This document shows positions 40,787 to 49,980 of a DNA stretch of 64,000 nt, in pieces. The notes below the pieces were generated by a model. It searched no databases. It saw only the letters and a list, made by a program, of their open reading frames with translations, and was not told where the DNA came from. Source of the stretch: a virus (Duplodnaviria > Caudoviricetes); the IMG/VR virus record IMGVR_UViG_3300001528_000208, positions 1 to 64,000 of that record; one strand, given 5' to 3'. The translations under genes were made by a program, and so were the position numbers. Numbering within the stretch: the first letter of the stretch is position 1; each line of letters starts with the position of its first letter.

Positions 40787-41956
40787 ATGAATAGTGCGCA
40801 AAGACACGAATTTCGATATTATAGGCGTAAAGAAAAGCGTCTTTCGAAAAAGATTAAACGATGCGAAGCTATCGGTGGAATAGATGGTGTATTTACATTT
40901 GGCGATTTATATAAATGCGGCAAAGCGTGCTGTAATGGCGTTCGGTGGAAGCATAGTGTGCAAAATTTCGAAATGCACTTGTTTTCAACTACGGTTAAAT
41001 CGTTGGCTGACGTAAAGAACGATAAATGGGAAAGCAACGAATATTTCAGATTTGTTTTAACGGAACGTGGTAAAACACGCGATATTGATGCGCCCAAAAT
41101 TGTTGACAGGCAAATCCATAAAGCTATTACGCGAAACATTCTTTTGCCGTTATATACACCAATGATGATTTACAATAATGGGGCAAGTCAAAAAGGAAAG
41201 GGATTCCACTTTAGCTCAAATGAACTGAAGAAAGATTTGCGTGAACATTTTAGGAAGTATGGTCGTGAAGGTTGGATACTTCTAATTGATTTCAAGAAAT
41301 TTTTTCCAAACGCAAAACACGCAAATATATACAATAATCATGAAGAATTAATTTTTGATGAAAGATTGCGTAGATTGTGTGATTATGTTGTTGGATTTAA
41401 CAATAATTCTGGATTTGGTATGCCGCTTGGCGTAGAACCAAGTCAAGCGGAAATGATTTTCTTCCCATGGAAACTTGATTGCTATTTAACGTGCCAATGT
41501 GGATTTAGTGGATGCGGTCACTATATGGATGACTATTATATTATAATACCGCCAACGATGAATCCGCATGATGTTCGTGCGAAAGTATTATCTTTTGCCG
41601 AATCGCTTGGAATAAGAGTAAATCGCGATAAATCATACTTCGTTAAACTTACAAAATCGTTCCGATATTGTAAAATACGATATCGACTTACGGATACTGG
41701 TGCCGTTAAAACACTTGGTAGTAGACCTGCTTATAGGCGAGCTGCAAGGAAAATTCGTGCATTTAAACGCATGGTGGACGAAGGCAAAATGAAATATGAG
41801 GATGTCTACTGTTCTATGAATTCTATAATATCGTATTTCGATAATTTCGACGACAATAACCGTTCTTTTAGATTGAAACGATTGTTTGTTAAAACGTTTG
41901 GATTTAAATATGACGACCTAATGACATTTAGAAGGAGGGATTTCTATAATGTATAA
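40787..41956 (+). CDS. DGR reverse transcriptase
   Basis: ERGK.R.I, DR..H, KGKG.HF, IDFKKFF, GMPLG...SQ, YMDD. Confidence 0.93.
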   Translation: MNSAQRHEFRYYRRKEKRLSKKIKRCEAIGGIDGVFTFGDLYKCGKACCNGVRWKHSVQNFEMHLFSTTVKSLADVKNDKWESNEYFRFVLTERGKTRDIDAPKIVDRQIHKAITRNILLPLYTPMMIYNNGASQKGKGFHFSSNELKKDLREHFRKYGREGWILLIDFKKFFPNAKHANIYNNHEELIFDERLRRLCDYVVGFNNNSGFGMPLGVEPSQAEMIFFPWKLDCYLTCQCGFSGCGHYMDDYYIIIPPTMNPHDVRAKVLSFAESLGIRVNRDKSYFVKLTKSFRYCKIRYRLTDTGAVKTLGSRPAYRRAARKIRAFKRMVDEGKMKYEDVYCSMNSIISYFDNFDDNNRSFRLKRLFVKTFGFKYDDLMTFRRRDFYNV

Positions 41957-42260
41957 GCTGTTTTCTGACGGAAACTTTCTTGGTTATGCGGAAGAACTTA
42001 ATTATATCAAGCGTAGTTCTAACGGATGTTTTATCCCCGCAAAAAGCGATGATGCTCAGGGCATTGCTTTTAAGTCTATTGCCTACAGTTTTGATGCCGG
42101 CAAACTGAAGGGGTGTCCCAAGGTTGTTATTTCCGAAGTCGGTATTGATGAAATCAATGAACGCATCACTGCTGCGCGCGCAGACCTTGACTATGTTATG
42201 ATGATGACCGACACGGTTATCCCTGTTGACGAAACTTCTGTCGAGGAGGTGTCTGAATAA
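41949..42260 (+). CDS. hypothetical tail-fibre-associated protein
   Basis: C-terminal ADLDYVMMM motif typical before XkdX genes. Confidence 0.55.
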   Translation: MYKLFSDGNFLGYAEELNYIKRSSNGCFIPAKSDDAQGIAFKSIAYSFDAGKLKGCPKVVISEVGIDEINERITAARADLDYVMMMTDTVIPVDETSVEEVSE

Positions 42261-42403
42261 TGCACAGTCCCAAATTTGAACTTGTTAAGCGTTATTACGA
42301 CGCTGGGTACTGGAACAAGGCTATGGTCATCAATGCTACCAAGTTCCCGAAGTCTAATCCGTGGATTACCACAGAAGAAGCTGCCGAAATTCTTGGCGAA
42401 TAA
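42260..42403 (+). CDS. XkdX-family protein
   Basis: Manual translation MHSPKFELVKRYYDAGYWNKAMV...WITTEEAAEILGE. Confidence 0.75.
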   Translation: MHSPKFELVKRYYDAGYWNKAMVINATKFPKSNPWITTEEAAEILGE

Positions 42404-42420
42404 ATTTTTAAGGTGATAAT

Positions 42421-42750
42421 ATGAAAGTTTTGGATAATTTTATCTTTTTTAGTGAAGCGACTGCGGCTGGTGAAAGCAATGTTCTTTCCAACCCTAACCT
42501 TGGCTCACAGATTATTGTTCAGGCTGGTGGCACCGCGACCAACTTTGAAGTGCAGATTCTTGGTCAAGCCGACATCAATGCCGATTTTACGCCGCTTTCT
42601 TGTATCAATATGACAAGCTTCGACGCGGATAGCAAGATTGCTGTTGCTGGCATTTATGCCGTTCCCGCCGATGGAATCTGCAAAATTAAGGCTGAAATTA
42701 AGTCCGTCGCAGGTGGCAATGTGACCGTGTTTGGAAGGCTGGGTGAGTAA
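42421..42750 (+). CDS. virion structural hypothetical protein
   Basis: Beta-rich ORF in fibre region. Confidence 0.55.
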   Translation: MKVLDNFIFFSEATAAGESNVLSNPNLGSQIIVQAGGTATNFEVQILGQADINADFTPLSCINMTSFDADSKIAVAGIYAVPADGICKIKAEIKSVAGGNVTVFGRLGE

Positions 42751-43938
42751 ATGGCGACTGATAATATAGCGCGCGGTTTAGCCGCGCACGCCCTGTCGGT
42801 TGCTGTTGCTGGCGGTGGCGACCACCCCGTTGAATCCGTAAACGGCAAAACCGGTAAGGTTAATCTTACCGCCGCAGATGTTGGCGCTGAACCCGTTGGT
42901 TCCGCCACTAAGTTCGTCATCAACCTGACCGAAGACGTCGAAAACGGCACTTATGCCGCCGACAAGACGTGGGCGCAGATTAAAGTCGCCTATGAAGGTG
43001 GAAAGGTTTTAGCTGTCCATATTGGAAGTAGCGAGTTGCCCATGATTAACGGACAGATTTCTGATGGCGCCGCTGGGTTCACGTTTGGTTACACCAATAT
43101 CATTGCAGATGGAACCGCTGTTCACACGCGCGCAATTCACTACCTGTACACGGATTCTGTAGAAACTTGGGAAGACGCCGACGCAGAAGGCGAATATCTT
43201 CCTGTTTCTGGCGGCACTATGGCGGGCGCACTTCTTCTTGCTGCCGACCCCGTCTCTGATACTGGTGCTGCGACAAAGAAATACGTAGATGACCGTCGCT
43301 TCAAAGTGACATTCCAGCGCGACCCCGTCGCCGGTCTGAATGCCGACCATTCCTTTGCGGACATTTCTGCCGCTGTCACGGACAACAAAAACGTTGTTGC
43401 GGTACTTGATAACAACGAATATCCGCTGACGTATGAATCTGAAAAGGTTCATGTTGATGGCGTTGCGCCGCTTTATATCGGTTCCACAATCGAAGCGTCT
43501 GGCACTAATGGTGCGCGTCTGACTGGCACGACATCTGGCGATGCAGCCTTCGTGAAGGCAGACACGCAGGCGGATTACATTCCTGTTTATGTTGGTACGC
43601 CGACTGCGCCTAATCACGCCGTTAATCTGGCGTATCTTGCACAGGAAGTCAAAGACGATTCTGCCACCAAGAATCATGTTTCTGTTGCCAAGAATGCGGC
43701 AATCACTATTGGGCTGACAGATGGCGTCTATTTTGTTTCCGCCTGTGATAGCATTCATCGCGGTCTTTCCGTGGTCTATATGTGCGGTTCCACTACTACC
43801 ATTTCCGGTCTTAGTGGTATGGCTGGCTGGGAGGTTACCAAGGGTGGTGTTGACAACAGCCTTTATATTAACAACAAATCTGACGCAGCTGCACTCGAAG
43901 TCTATATTGTTGCTATTGGCGCTGGTTCTGCGTATTAA
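42751..43938 (+). CDS. tail fibre protein
   Basis: SVNGKTG.V.LTAADVGA, YLPVSGGTMAG, AATKKYVD fibre repeats. Confidence 0.75.
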   Translation: MATDNIARGLAAHALSVAVAGGGDHPVESVNGKTGKVNLTAADVGAEPVGSATKFVINLTEDVENGTYAADKTWAQIKVAYEGGKVLAVHIGSSELPMINGQISDGAAGFTFGYTNIIADGTAVHTRAIHYLYTDSVETWEDADAEGEYLPVSGGTMAGALLLAADPVSDTGAATKKYVDDRRFKVTFQRDPVAGLNADHSFADISAAVTDNKNVVAVLDNNEYPLTYESEKVHVDGVAPLYIGSTIEASGTNGARLTGTTSGDAAFVKADTQADYIPVYVGTPTAPNHAVNLAYLAQEVKDDSATKNHVSVAKNAAITIGLTDGVYFVSACDSIHRGLSVVYMCGSTTTISGLSGMAGWEVTKGGVDNSLYINNKSDAAALEVYIVAIGAGSAY

Positions 43939-43950
43939 GGTGGTGGTTAT

Positions 43951-44496
43951 GTGATTACATTTGATAATTGGGTAATCAAGAACGTTGGTTACCCGTTGGC
44001 AATGCAATACGACCACATGACGCGCGAACTGTATATTTCTGGCGACATCCCTGAAGGCTATACATGGGACGTTCTTTGCCGCTACAAGCGTGAATTAAAT
44101 ATCATTCGGCTTGAAGCTGTTGATGGCGGCATTTCTACGCTGCTGACGAAACACGACCTTGCGAATAATGGAACTTATATTATTCAGTTGCGTGGCACCA
44201 AGGATGGAACTGTGCGACACAGCAACGCGATTCAGGTCGAAGTGCCGAAGTCGCTTTCTGGTGATGACCAGTGGCCCCTTGTCCCAAGCGAATTTTCGCA
44301 GATGGAAGCGCGCATTAACGCGATTGCCAAAGAATCGGACGACTTGAACAACCATCCACCTAAGCCAGACCCGACTGGCTATTGGGATATTTGGAATCCC
44401 GAAAAGCAGGAATACGAACTTAGCGATATTCCCGTATCAAACGTTTCACCCATTTCCTACGACATCATTAGCGGCGGTGGCGCTGCGATTGATTAA
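43951..44496 (+). CDS. baseplate/fibre adaptor (BppU-N-like)
   Basis: Beta-sandwich N-terminus, PSEFSQME, G.W.IWN motifs. Confidence 0.5.
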   Translation: MITFDNWVIKNVGYPLAMQYDHMTRELYISGDIPEGYTWDVLCRYKRELNIIRLEAVDGGISTLLTKHDLANNGTYIIQLRGTKDGTVRHSNAIQVEVPKSLSGDDQWPLVPSEFSQMEARINAIAKESDDLNNHPPKPDPTGYWDIWNPEKQEYELSDIPVSNVSPISYDIISGGGAAID

Positions 44497-44515
44497 ACTA
44501 TGATGGAGGTATAAT

Positions 44516-45571
44516 ATGGCAGACAAAGTTTTGAATGTCAGAATTCAACTTCGTCACGACACAGAAGCAAATTGGACTACGGTTGACCCCGTGCTTCTGG
44601 CTGGCGAAGCTGCTGTGACCCTTGATGGCGACAACAAGGGGAGAATTAAGATTGGCGACGGCACTTCCAAGTGGAGTGCGCTTGACTATCTTGGCGGCGA
44701 GGACACCTTGCTCGCTAAGAGTGTTATGTTCGATAGCGACATGGTGTTCACCGAACAGTTTGGTAAGTATAAGCCGACTGGCGGCAAGGTCACTATCCCG
44801 TCCAACAACAAGTCCCTGTATGAAGTTCTTATTGACGCTTATTCCGAAGATAAGAACCCGACCATTACCCAGCCCAGCATGACCATCTCCAGTTCTACTG
44901 CGAAGGCATACGAAGTTGGCACGAATGTTACGCCCGCTTATTCCAGTTCCTTCAACGCTGGTAGCTACGAATATGGCCCCAATCCGACTGGCGTTACCGC
45001 CACGACCTATGCGGCGTCTAACAATAAGACGGATGAAACTGCCAGCACCGCAAGTGGTACGTTTGCCGAGTATCAGGTTGTCGATGGTTCCAACTACAAC
45101 ATCACGCTTGCTATCACCTATGGCGACGGTGCTGTTCCCAAGACTGCACTTGGCGCCAATTATGATGCAGGCAAAATTGTCGGCAAGACTATCAGCAAGA
45201 CCAGTTCCAACATCAGTGGCTATCGTAACAGCTTCTATGGCACGACCACCGATGTTGCTGCTGAAACTACCAGCGACGTTATTCGTGGTCTTTCTCAGAA
45301 GTCTAACAAGGCGCTTGCTAATGGTAACACCTTTACCGTCAACATTCCCGTTGGTGCCCAGCGTGTTATTATTGCGTATCCCGCGACCCTGCGTGCTGTG
45401 ACTTCCATTAAGGACGTTAACGGTCTGAATGCTGATATTACTTCCGCGTTTGCTTCTTCCACCGTTTCTGTTGCCGGCGCTAATGGCTATAGTCCGATTG
45501 AATATCGCGTCTATACGCAGGACTATGCAAAGCCCAACGATACGGCTAACACCTATTCGGTGACTATCTAA
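44516..45571 (+). CDS. fibre protein with Mtd-N/hyaluronidase-N-type anchor
   Basis: RIQLRHDT.ANW...DPVLL.GE...KIGDG...W..L.Y. Confidence 0.7.
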   Translation: MADKVLNVRIQLRHDTEANWTTVDPVLLAGEAAVTLDGDNKGRIKIGDGTSKWSALDYLGGEDTLLAKSVMFDSDMVFTEQFGKYKPTGGKVTIPSNNKSLYEVLIDAYSEDKNPTITQPSMTISSSTAKAYEVGTNVTPAYSSSFNAGSYEYGPNPTGVTATTYAASNNKTDETASTASGTFAEYQVVDGSNYNITLAITYGDGAVPKTALGANYDAGKIVGKTISKTSSNISGYRNSFYGTTTDVAAETTSDVIRGLSQKSNKALANGNTFTVNIPVGAQRVIIAYPATLRAVTSIKDVNGLNADITSAFASSTVSVAGANGYSPIEYRVYTQDYAKPNDTANTYSVTI

Positions 45572-45590
45572 GGAAGGGAGGACATATATA

Positions 45591-46004
45591 ATGGCTATTT
45601 CTAATCTGCCCAAGCTTAACTTTAGTGTGCCGTTTGCAATGACTGCGGCACTTCCGCTTGAGTACAATGCGTATTTCGACAGCTATGATTCCGCTGTTGC
45701 CGCCGCCGCCACTGCGGACGTCCCCGGCAGCACTACTACGGTCTACTACTACGGTCAGAAGATTGTTGTTGTTGGCGAAACTTCTGCCGACCTGTACATC
45801 ATTCAGCCCGACAAGACGCTGAAGGCCGCTGGTACTATTCCCATTGCGACCGATACGCTTCTTGGTGTTGTGAAGAGTTCCGCTGAAATCAATAAGATTG
45901 CCGTTGGCGCCGATGGCGTTATGTCCGTCAATACTATTTCCACCGATAAGCTTGAACAGGGTTCTGACACCATTGTTTGGAACGGTGGCGGCGCTTCCGT
46001 TTAA
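45591..46004 (+). CDS. fibre-associated protein
   Basis: PLE...YF, YYGQ, IAT...LG.VK motifs. Confidence 0.55.
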   Translation: MAISNLPKLNFSVPFAMTAALPLEYNAYFDSYDSAVAAAATADVPGSTTTVYYYGQKIVVVGETSADLYIIQPDKTLKAAGTIPIATDTLLGVVKSSAEINKIAVGADGVMSVNTISTDKLEQGSDTIVWNGGGASV

Positions 46005-46020
46005 TTGGAGGTAAACAAAC

Positions 46021-46809
46021 ATGGCTACTAAGAATTTTAATGCACGTATTTCGCTGAAGTACGACAGTTATGCAAATTGGCTTGCTAACGACCCTGTTCT
46101 TCTGGTGGGTGAAGTTGCTATTGCGACTATCCCCACCAAAAAGGATGGCATTGAGCAGGTTCCCGCCGTCATTATGAAGGTCGGCGATGGTACCAGCAAG
46201 TATAGCGAACTGTCGTTCGTCAGCGGTCTTGCTGCTGACATCTATGACTGGGCGAAGGCTGCTACGAAGCCCAGCTACACCGCCGACGAAATCAGCGGTC
46301 TTGACACCTATATTTCCGGTCAGATTCAGGACACTAATACCCAGTATCAGATTGTTGTTGACCAGACTAACCCGCGCAAGTTCCAGCTTCAGTCCCACGA
46401 AAAGGGCGTAACTGAATGGACTAATGTTGGCGACCCGATTGAGATTCCTGCCAGCACGCTGGTGACCGGTGACGATAACGGTACTGTTAAGTTCAATGGT
46501 ACCGATGTCGCTGTCAAGGGTCTTGGTTCTGCCGCTTATGCCAATACCGGCGCGTTTGATGCTGCCGGTGCCGCCGCCGACGTTCTTGGTAGTGATGCCG
46601 ACACTGCTGGCGATGCTACCGTCTATGGTGCGAACAAGGCTGCTGCTGCTGCGCAGGCTAAGGCGGATACCAACGCTACTGAAATAGCCAAGAAGATTGA
46701 CGCGACTTCTGTCAGCGCCATTGGTAAGTCTGGCAACATCAATGATGCAATCCAGTCTACTGGCGACTACATCATCTTCAACTGCGGCACTTCTGACACT
46801 GTTATCTGA
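46021..46809 (+). CDS. fibre protein with Mtd-N-type anchor
   Basis: NW...DPVLL.GE...KVGDG, WAKAATKPSYTA.EI, V.VKGLGSAAY. Confidence 0.7.
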   Translation: MATKNFNARISLKYDSYANWLANDPVLLVGEVAIATIPTKKDGIEQVPAVIMKVGDGTSKYSELSFVSGLAADIYDWAKAATKPSYTADEISGLDTYISGQIQDTNTQYQIVVDQTNPRKFQLQSHEKGVTEWTNVGDPIEIPASTLVTGDDNGTVKFNGTDVAVKGLGSAAYANTGAFDAAGAAADVLGSDADTAGDATVYGANKAAAAAQAKADTNATEIAKKIDATSVSAIGKSGNINDAIQSTGDYIIFNCGTSDTVI

Positions 46810-46870
46810 TTTTAACGGAAAGGGCGTCGTCGCTTGATGGCGCCCTATTCCAAAGAAAGGAAGGGCTGTT

Positions 46871-47149
46871 ATGGCTACAAAAACCTATAACGCTCGCGTT
46901 CAAAATAAGCGCGACACAAGCGCAAACTGGACTAAAAATGACCCAGTTCTTTTAGATGGTGAAATCATTATTGTTGATACGTCCGCAGGTGAAGTTCGGT
47001 ATAAGGTTGGCGACGGAACAAAGAAATATTCGAAACTTCCGTTCACCGATGAAGTCATGCTGACCCTTATTTCCAGCAAGGCCGACGCCGTTCCCTATTC
47101 GCTTGTCAAGAATAGTGACAATAGTTTAAGTCTTGTTTGGGAGGAATAA
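46871..47149 (+). CDS. stand-alone Mtd-N-type domain protein
   Basis: KRDTSANW..NDPVLLDGE...KVGDG...Y..LPF. Confidence 0.7.
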   Translation: MATKTYNARVQNKRDTSANWTKNDPVLLDGEIIIVDTSAGEVRYKVGDGTKKYSKLPFTDEVMLTLISSKADAVPYSLVKNSDNSLSLVWEE

Positions 47150-47152
47150 CAA

Positions 47153-47509
47153 ATGGCAACAACTACTATTGATTTGCTTAAGAATTCATCTTTCGAAGCG
47201 AAGATGGATTTGCTGATTACTGCGCTTTCTGGTGGCGGTAGCAGCGGTGTTCCGAATGGCGCTATCATTATGTGGTCTGGTTCTGTTGCGACCATTCCCG
47301 ATGGTTTTTCGCTGTGTAATGGTGAAAATGGAACGCCAGACCTTCGAAACCGATTTGTGATTGGTGCTGGCGGTTCTTACGCCGTTGGCGCAACTGGTGG
47401 CGGTTCTGCGACTACTTCGGTCGGCGATGTTGTTGCTGGCCCACAGGCGACCGTATCGACTTCCGCGCTTCCGCCGTACTACGCGCTTTGTTATATCATG
47501 AAGACTTGA
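47153..47509 (+). CDS. tail collar domain protein
   Basis: P.G.I.MWSG...IP.G..LCNG.NGTPDLR.RFV.GAG, LPPYYALCYIMK. Confidence 0.8.
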   Translation: MATTTIDLLKNSSFEAKMDLLITALSGGGSSGVPNGAIIMWSGSVATIPDGFSLCNGENGTPDLRNRFVIGAGGSYAVGATGGGSATTSVGDVVAGPQATVSTSALPPYYALCYIMKT

Positions 47510-47534
47510 CAAATGTTCAAGTCTGTGCTATAAT
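47506..47534 (+). promoter_or_regulatory. sigmaA promoter of moron gene
   Basis: TTGACA-17-TATAAT with TG. Confidence 0.85.
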
Positions 47535-47586
47535 ACAAACAATAGTGGTAGTCCACTGAAATTATATTTTGAAGGAGATTCTAAAC

Positions 47587-48069
47587 ATGGCTATTCTTAC
47601 TCGTATTGCTTCTGATGGTATGCCCATCGAAATGACTGACTGCACGATGGACAAGTCCCATACCAAGCTTGCCGTCATTGCGCCCACCTATAAGCGTTAT
47701 CCCGAGCGCGCTGGCAAGACCATCACGGTTGACCCTTGCTGGGAAATTACCTATGACGACCGTGGCTACTTCGCTTCCATGAAGAACACTGCTGGCAAGG
47801 TTGCTGCGCCCAGACATAACTTCGCGTTTGTCAACGAAGCTGCTGGCGATGTTCAGGTTCCTGGCATGGGCACCTATTACAAGGATTGCACCGCGTCTTC
47901 CGACGACGGCATCCTGTTCACCATCTATGATGGCGCGACCAACTTCGTCTGTCTGGCGAATGTCGTCACCAAGGAGGTCATTCCCAATGTTGGCGACCCC
48001 AGCGACAAGAAGCACGTCGAATATATGTCTTCCTATGGCGAGGCATTCCTGAAGGCTTATCTGCACTAA
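47587..48069 (+). CDS. hypothetical protein (moron)
   Basis: AAGGAG RBS, MCP-like codon bias, own promoter and terminator. Confidence 0.75.
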   Translation: MAILTRIASDGMPIEMTDCTMDKSHTKLAVIAPTYKRYPERAGKTITVDPCWEITYDDRGYFASMKNTAGKVAAPRHNFAFVNEAAGDVQVPGMGTYYKDCTASSDDGILFTIYDGATNFVCLANVVTKEVIPNVGDPSDKKHVEYMSSYGEAFLKAYLH

Positions 48070-48087
48070 GGGTTAGACCAAAGTTCA

Positions 48088-48119
48088 AAAGAGGGGCGGT
48101 TCTTCCGCCCCTCTTTCTT
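48088..48119 (+). terminator. intrinsic terminator
   Basis: AAAGAGGGGCGG-TTCTT-CCGCCCCTCTTT. Confidence 0.75.
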
Positions 48120-48135
48120 ATTTAGGAGGGTTCCC

Positions 48136-48423
48136 ATGAAGATTTCTACTATGAAAAAGTGGGGCATCCTGTCATGGGGTCTCACTATTATTATTTCTGC
48201 AATCACCATGTATTCCGTGTTTAGCGGGAACGGCGATGCCAACATTCTGATGCAGATTTGCGCCCTTGCATGGGCTGACACTGGTGTGTTCACTGGCGCC
48301 TATGCGTTCAAAGAACGTGCAGAAAACAAGAAAAAGATTGCCGTTGGCATGGTAAAAGACTTGTCTGCTGAATACGGCATCGAAAACGTTGCGCCGCTGG
48401 TTCAGGCGATTATTCAGGATTAA
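48136..48423 (+). CDS. holin-like membrane protein
   Basis: Two TM segments, directly upstream of endolysin. Confidence 0.6.
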   Translation: MKISTMKKWGILSWGLTIIISAITMYSVFSGNGDANILMQICALAWADTGVFTGAYAFKERAENKKKIAVGMVKDLSAEYGIENVAPLVQAIIQD

Positions 48424-48432
48424 GGTGATGTC

Positions 48433-49146
48433 ATGGCGACAAAAGCTGAAATCGAAAAAGTAATCGCAACCGGTATGAAATATATCGGTACCACCAGCAA
48501 GAACAACAATGTAATTTTTAATACGGAATATTACGGGCGCGAAGTTTCTGGCGCGGACTATGCGTGGTGCGTTGTGTTCCAGTGGTATATTTTTCGCGAA
48601 GCTGGGCTGGCGAAGCATTTCTTTAATGGCGCGAAAGTTGCTGGTTGTTCCGCCGCGCGTAAATATCATGAAGCTGTTGGTCAGGTGGTCTATGGCGACT
48701 ATCAGCGCGGCGACCTTCTGCTGTTTGATTTTGACGGCAAGAAGAAGCGCACGCAGCATATCGGCATCTGCCTTGAAAATAACGGCAAGACTGTGAAATC
48801 GCTTGATGGCAATACCAGCAGCAAAAGCGAAGATAACGGCGGAACGGTCAATATTCGCGAACGCGCCTTGAAGTATGTAACGTGCGCCATTCGCTGGTGG
48901 AAGGCGACGCCGTCGCGCACTTATGTTTCTACGTTTGCGCCAATCTTGAAGAACGGTGACGTAGGATACCCCGTAGACGTCCTACAGTACGCCCTGAAGG
49001 CGCGTGGCTACTATTCCGATAACTTAGACGGGTCTTTTGGAAACAACACTGTGGCGGCTGTGAAGGCGCTACAGAAGGCTTCTAAAATCGCGCAGACGGG
49101 CAAGATGGATAAGAATACGTGGGAAAAATTATTGCGGGGTGATTAA
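48433..49146 (+). CDS. endolysin (CHAP domain plus PG_binding_1)
   Basis: AWC..F, HIGI, DGNT, then LQ..L...GY....DG.FG..T..AVK..Q. Confidence 0.88.
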   Translation: MATKAEIEKVIATGMKYIGTTSKNNNVIFNTEYYGREVSGADYAWCVVFQWYIFREAGLAKHFFNGAKVAGCSAARKYHEAVGQVVYGDYQRGDLLLFDFDGKKKRTQHIGICLENNGKTVKSLDGNTSSKSEDNGGTVNIRERALKYVTCAIRWWKATPSRTYVSTFAPILKNGDVGYPVDVLQYALKARGYYSDNLDGSFGNNTVAAVKALQKASKIAQTGKMDKNTWEKLLRGD

Positions 49147-49536
49147 ATGCTATCTATTATTATCGAAAATTTAGAACTGGTTGGCATTGCAATGGGGTTG
49201 TTCGTCGGTTCTGTTGCTGCCAACACGCTTCTTGGCTTATATAACAACATCAAGATTCTGATGCAGCCGTTTGATAAACAGCGTCTGATTGATACGGGGC
49301 TGAAAACCGGCTGTCTTGTCGTCAGCATTATTCTGATGGTTTTGGTTGTCACGGTGATGCCCGTGTTCTGCAACAATGTTGGGTTCCCGATTCCTGACGA
49401 ATACATTGATGTTTTCAGCAATCTGACGATTATTGGCGCGGCTGTTATTCCGTCTTGTAAGTATCTGAAGGATGCTTATAACAAGCTGTGTAACATTTTC
49501 AACAATATGAATAAAGCCTTGGCAAATCAGGCGTAA
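49147..49536 (+). CDS. holin
   Basis: Three hydrophobic segments next to endolysin. Confidence 0.65.
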   Translation: MLSIIIENLELVGIAMGLFVGSVAANTLLGLYNNIKILMQPFDKQRLIDTGLKTGCLVVSIILMVLVVTVMPVFCNNVGFPIPDEYIDVFSNLTIIGAAVIPSCKYLKDAYNKLCNIFNNMNKALANQA

Positions 49537-49548
49537 GGAGGTATAATC

Positions 49549-49968
49549 ATGGCATATACGAAAACTGTATGGGTGAACAATCAGGCGCCTGCAATCAATG
49601 CGGACAATCTGAACAAGATTGAACAGGGAATTTATGACACGGACGCGGGCGTTACCGCTGCGAATGGCAGAATTGACACGACCAATAGTAACGTGACGGC
49701 GCTGACCACCGAAGTCGGCAAGAAGACCGTTAGTTACGCTATTCAGGTAACACTGACGTCGGCTGGTTGGTCTGGTGGTGCGCAGACGGTTAGCGCGGCG
49801 CACGTCACGGCGACGAATTCTGTTGTTGTGTCGCCGATTCCCGCTCATCAGGACGCTTATAGCACTGCGGGTATTCTTTGCACGGAACAGGCGGCTGGAA
49901 CGTTGAAATTTACCTGCACTTCTGACCCGACTGCGAATATCACCGTCAACGTTTATATTGCTGAATAA
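49549..49968 (+). CDS. tail fibre adaptor-like protein
   Basis: Y.K..W.N...PAINA.NLNKIEQGI motif. Confidence 0.6.
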   Translation: MAYTKTVWVNNQAPAINADNLNKIEQGIYDTDAGVTAANGRIDTTNSNVTALTTEVGKKTVSYAIQVTLTSAGWSGGAQTVSAAHVTATNSVVVSPIPAHQDAYSTAGILCTEQAAGTLKFTCTSDPTANITVNVYIAE

Positions 49969-49980
49969 GGCGGTGGTCAT

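Larger units (their letters stand above)
38766..41956 (+). mobile_element. diversity-generating retroelement (target-VR, avd, TR, RT)
   Basis: All canonical components in canonical order. Confidence 0.93.
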
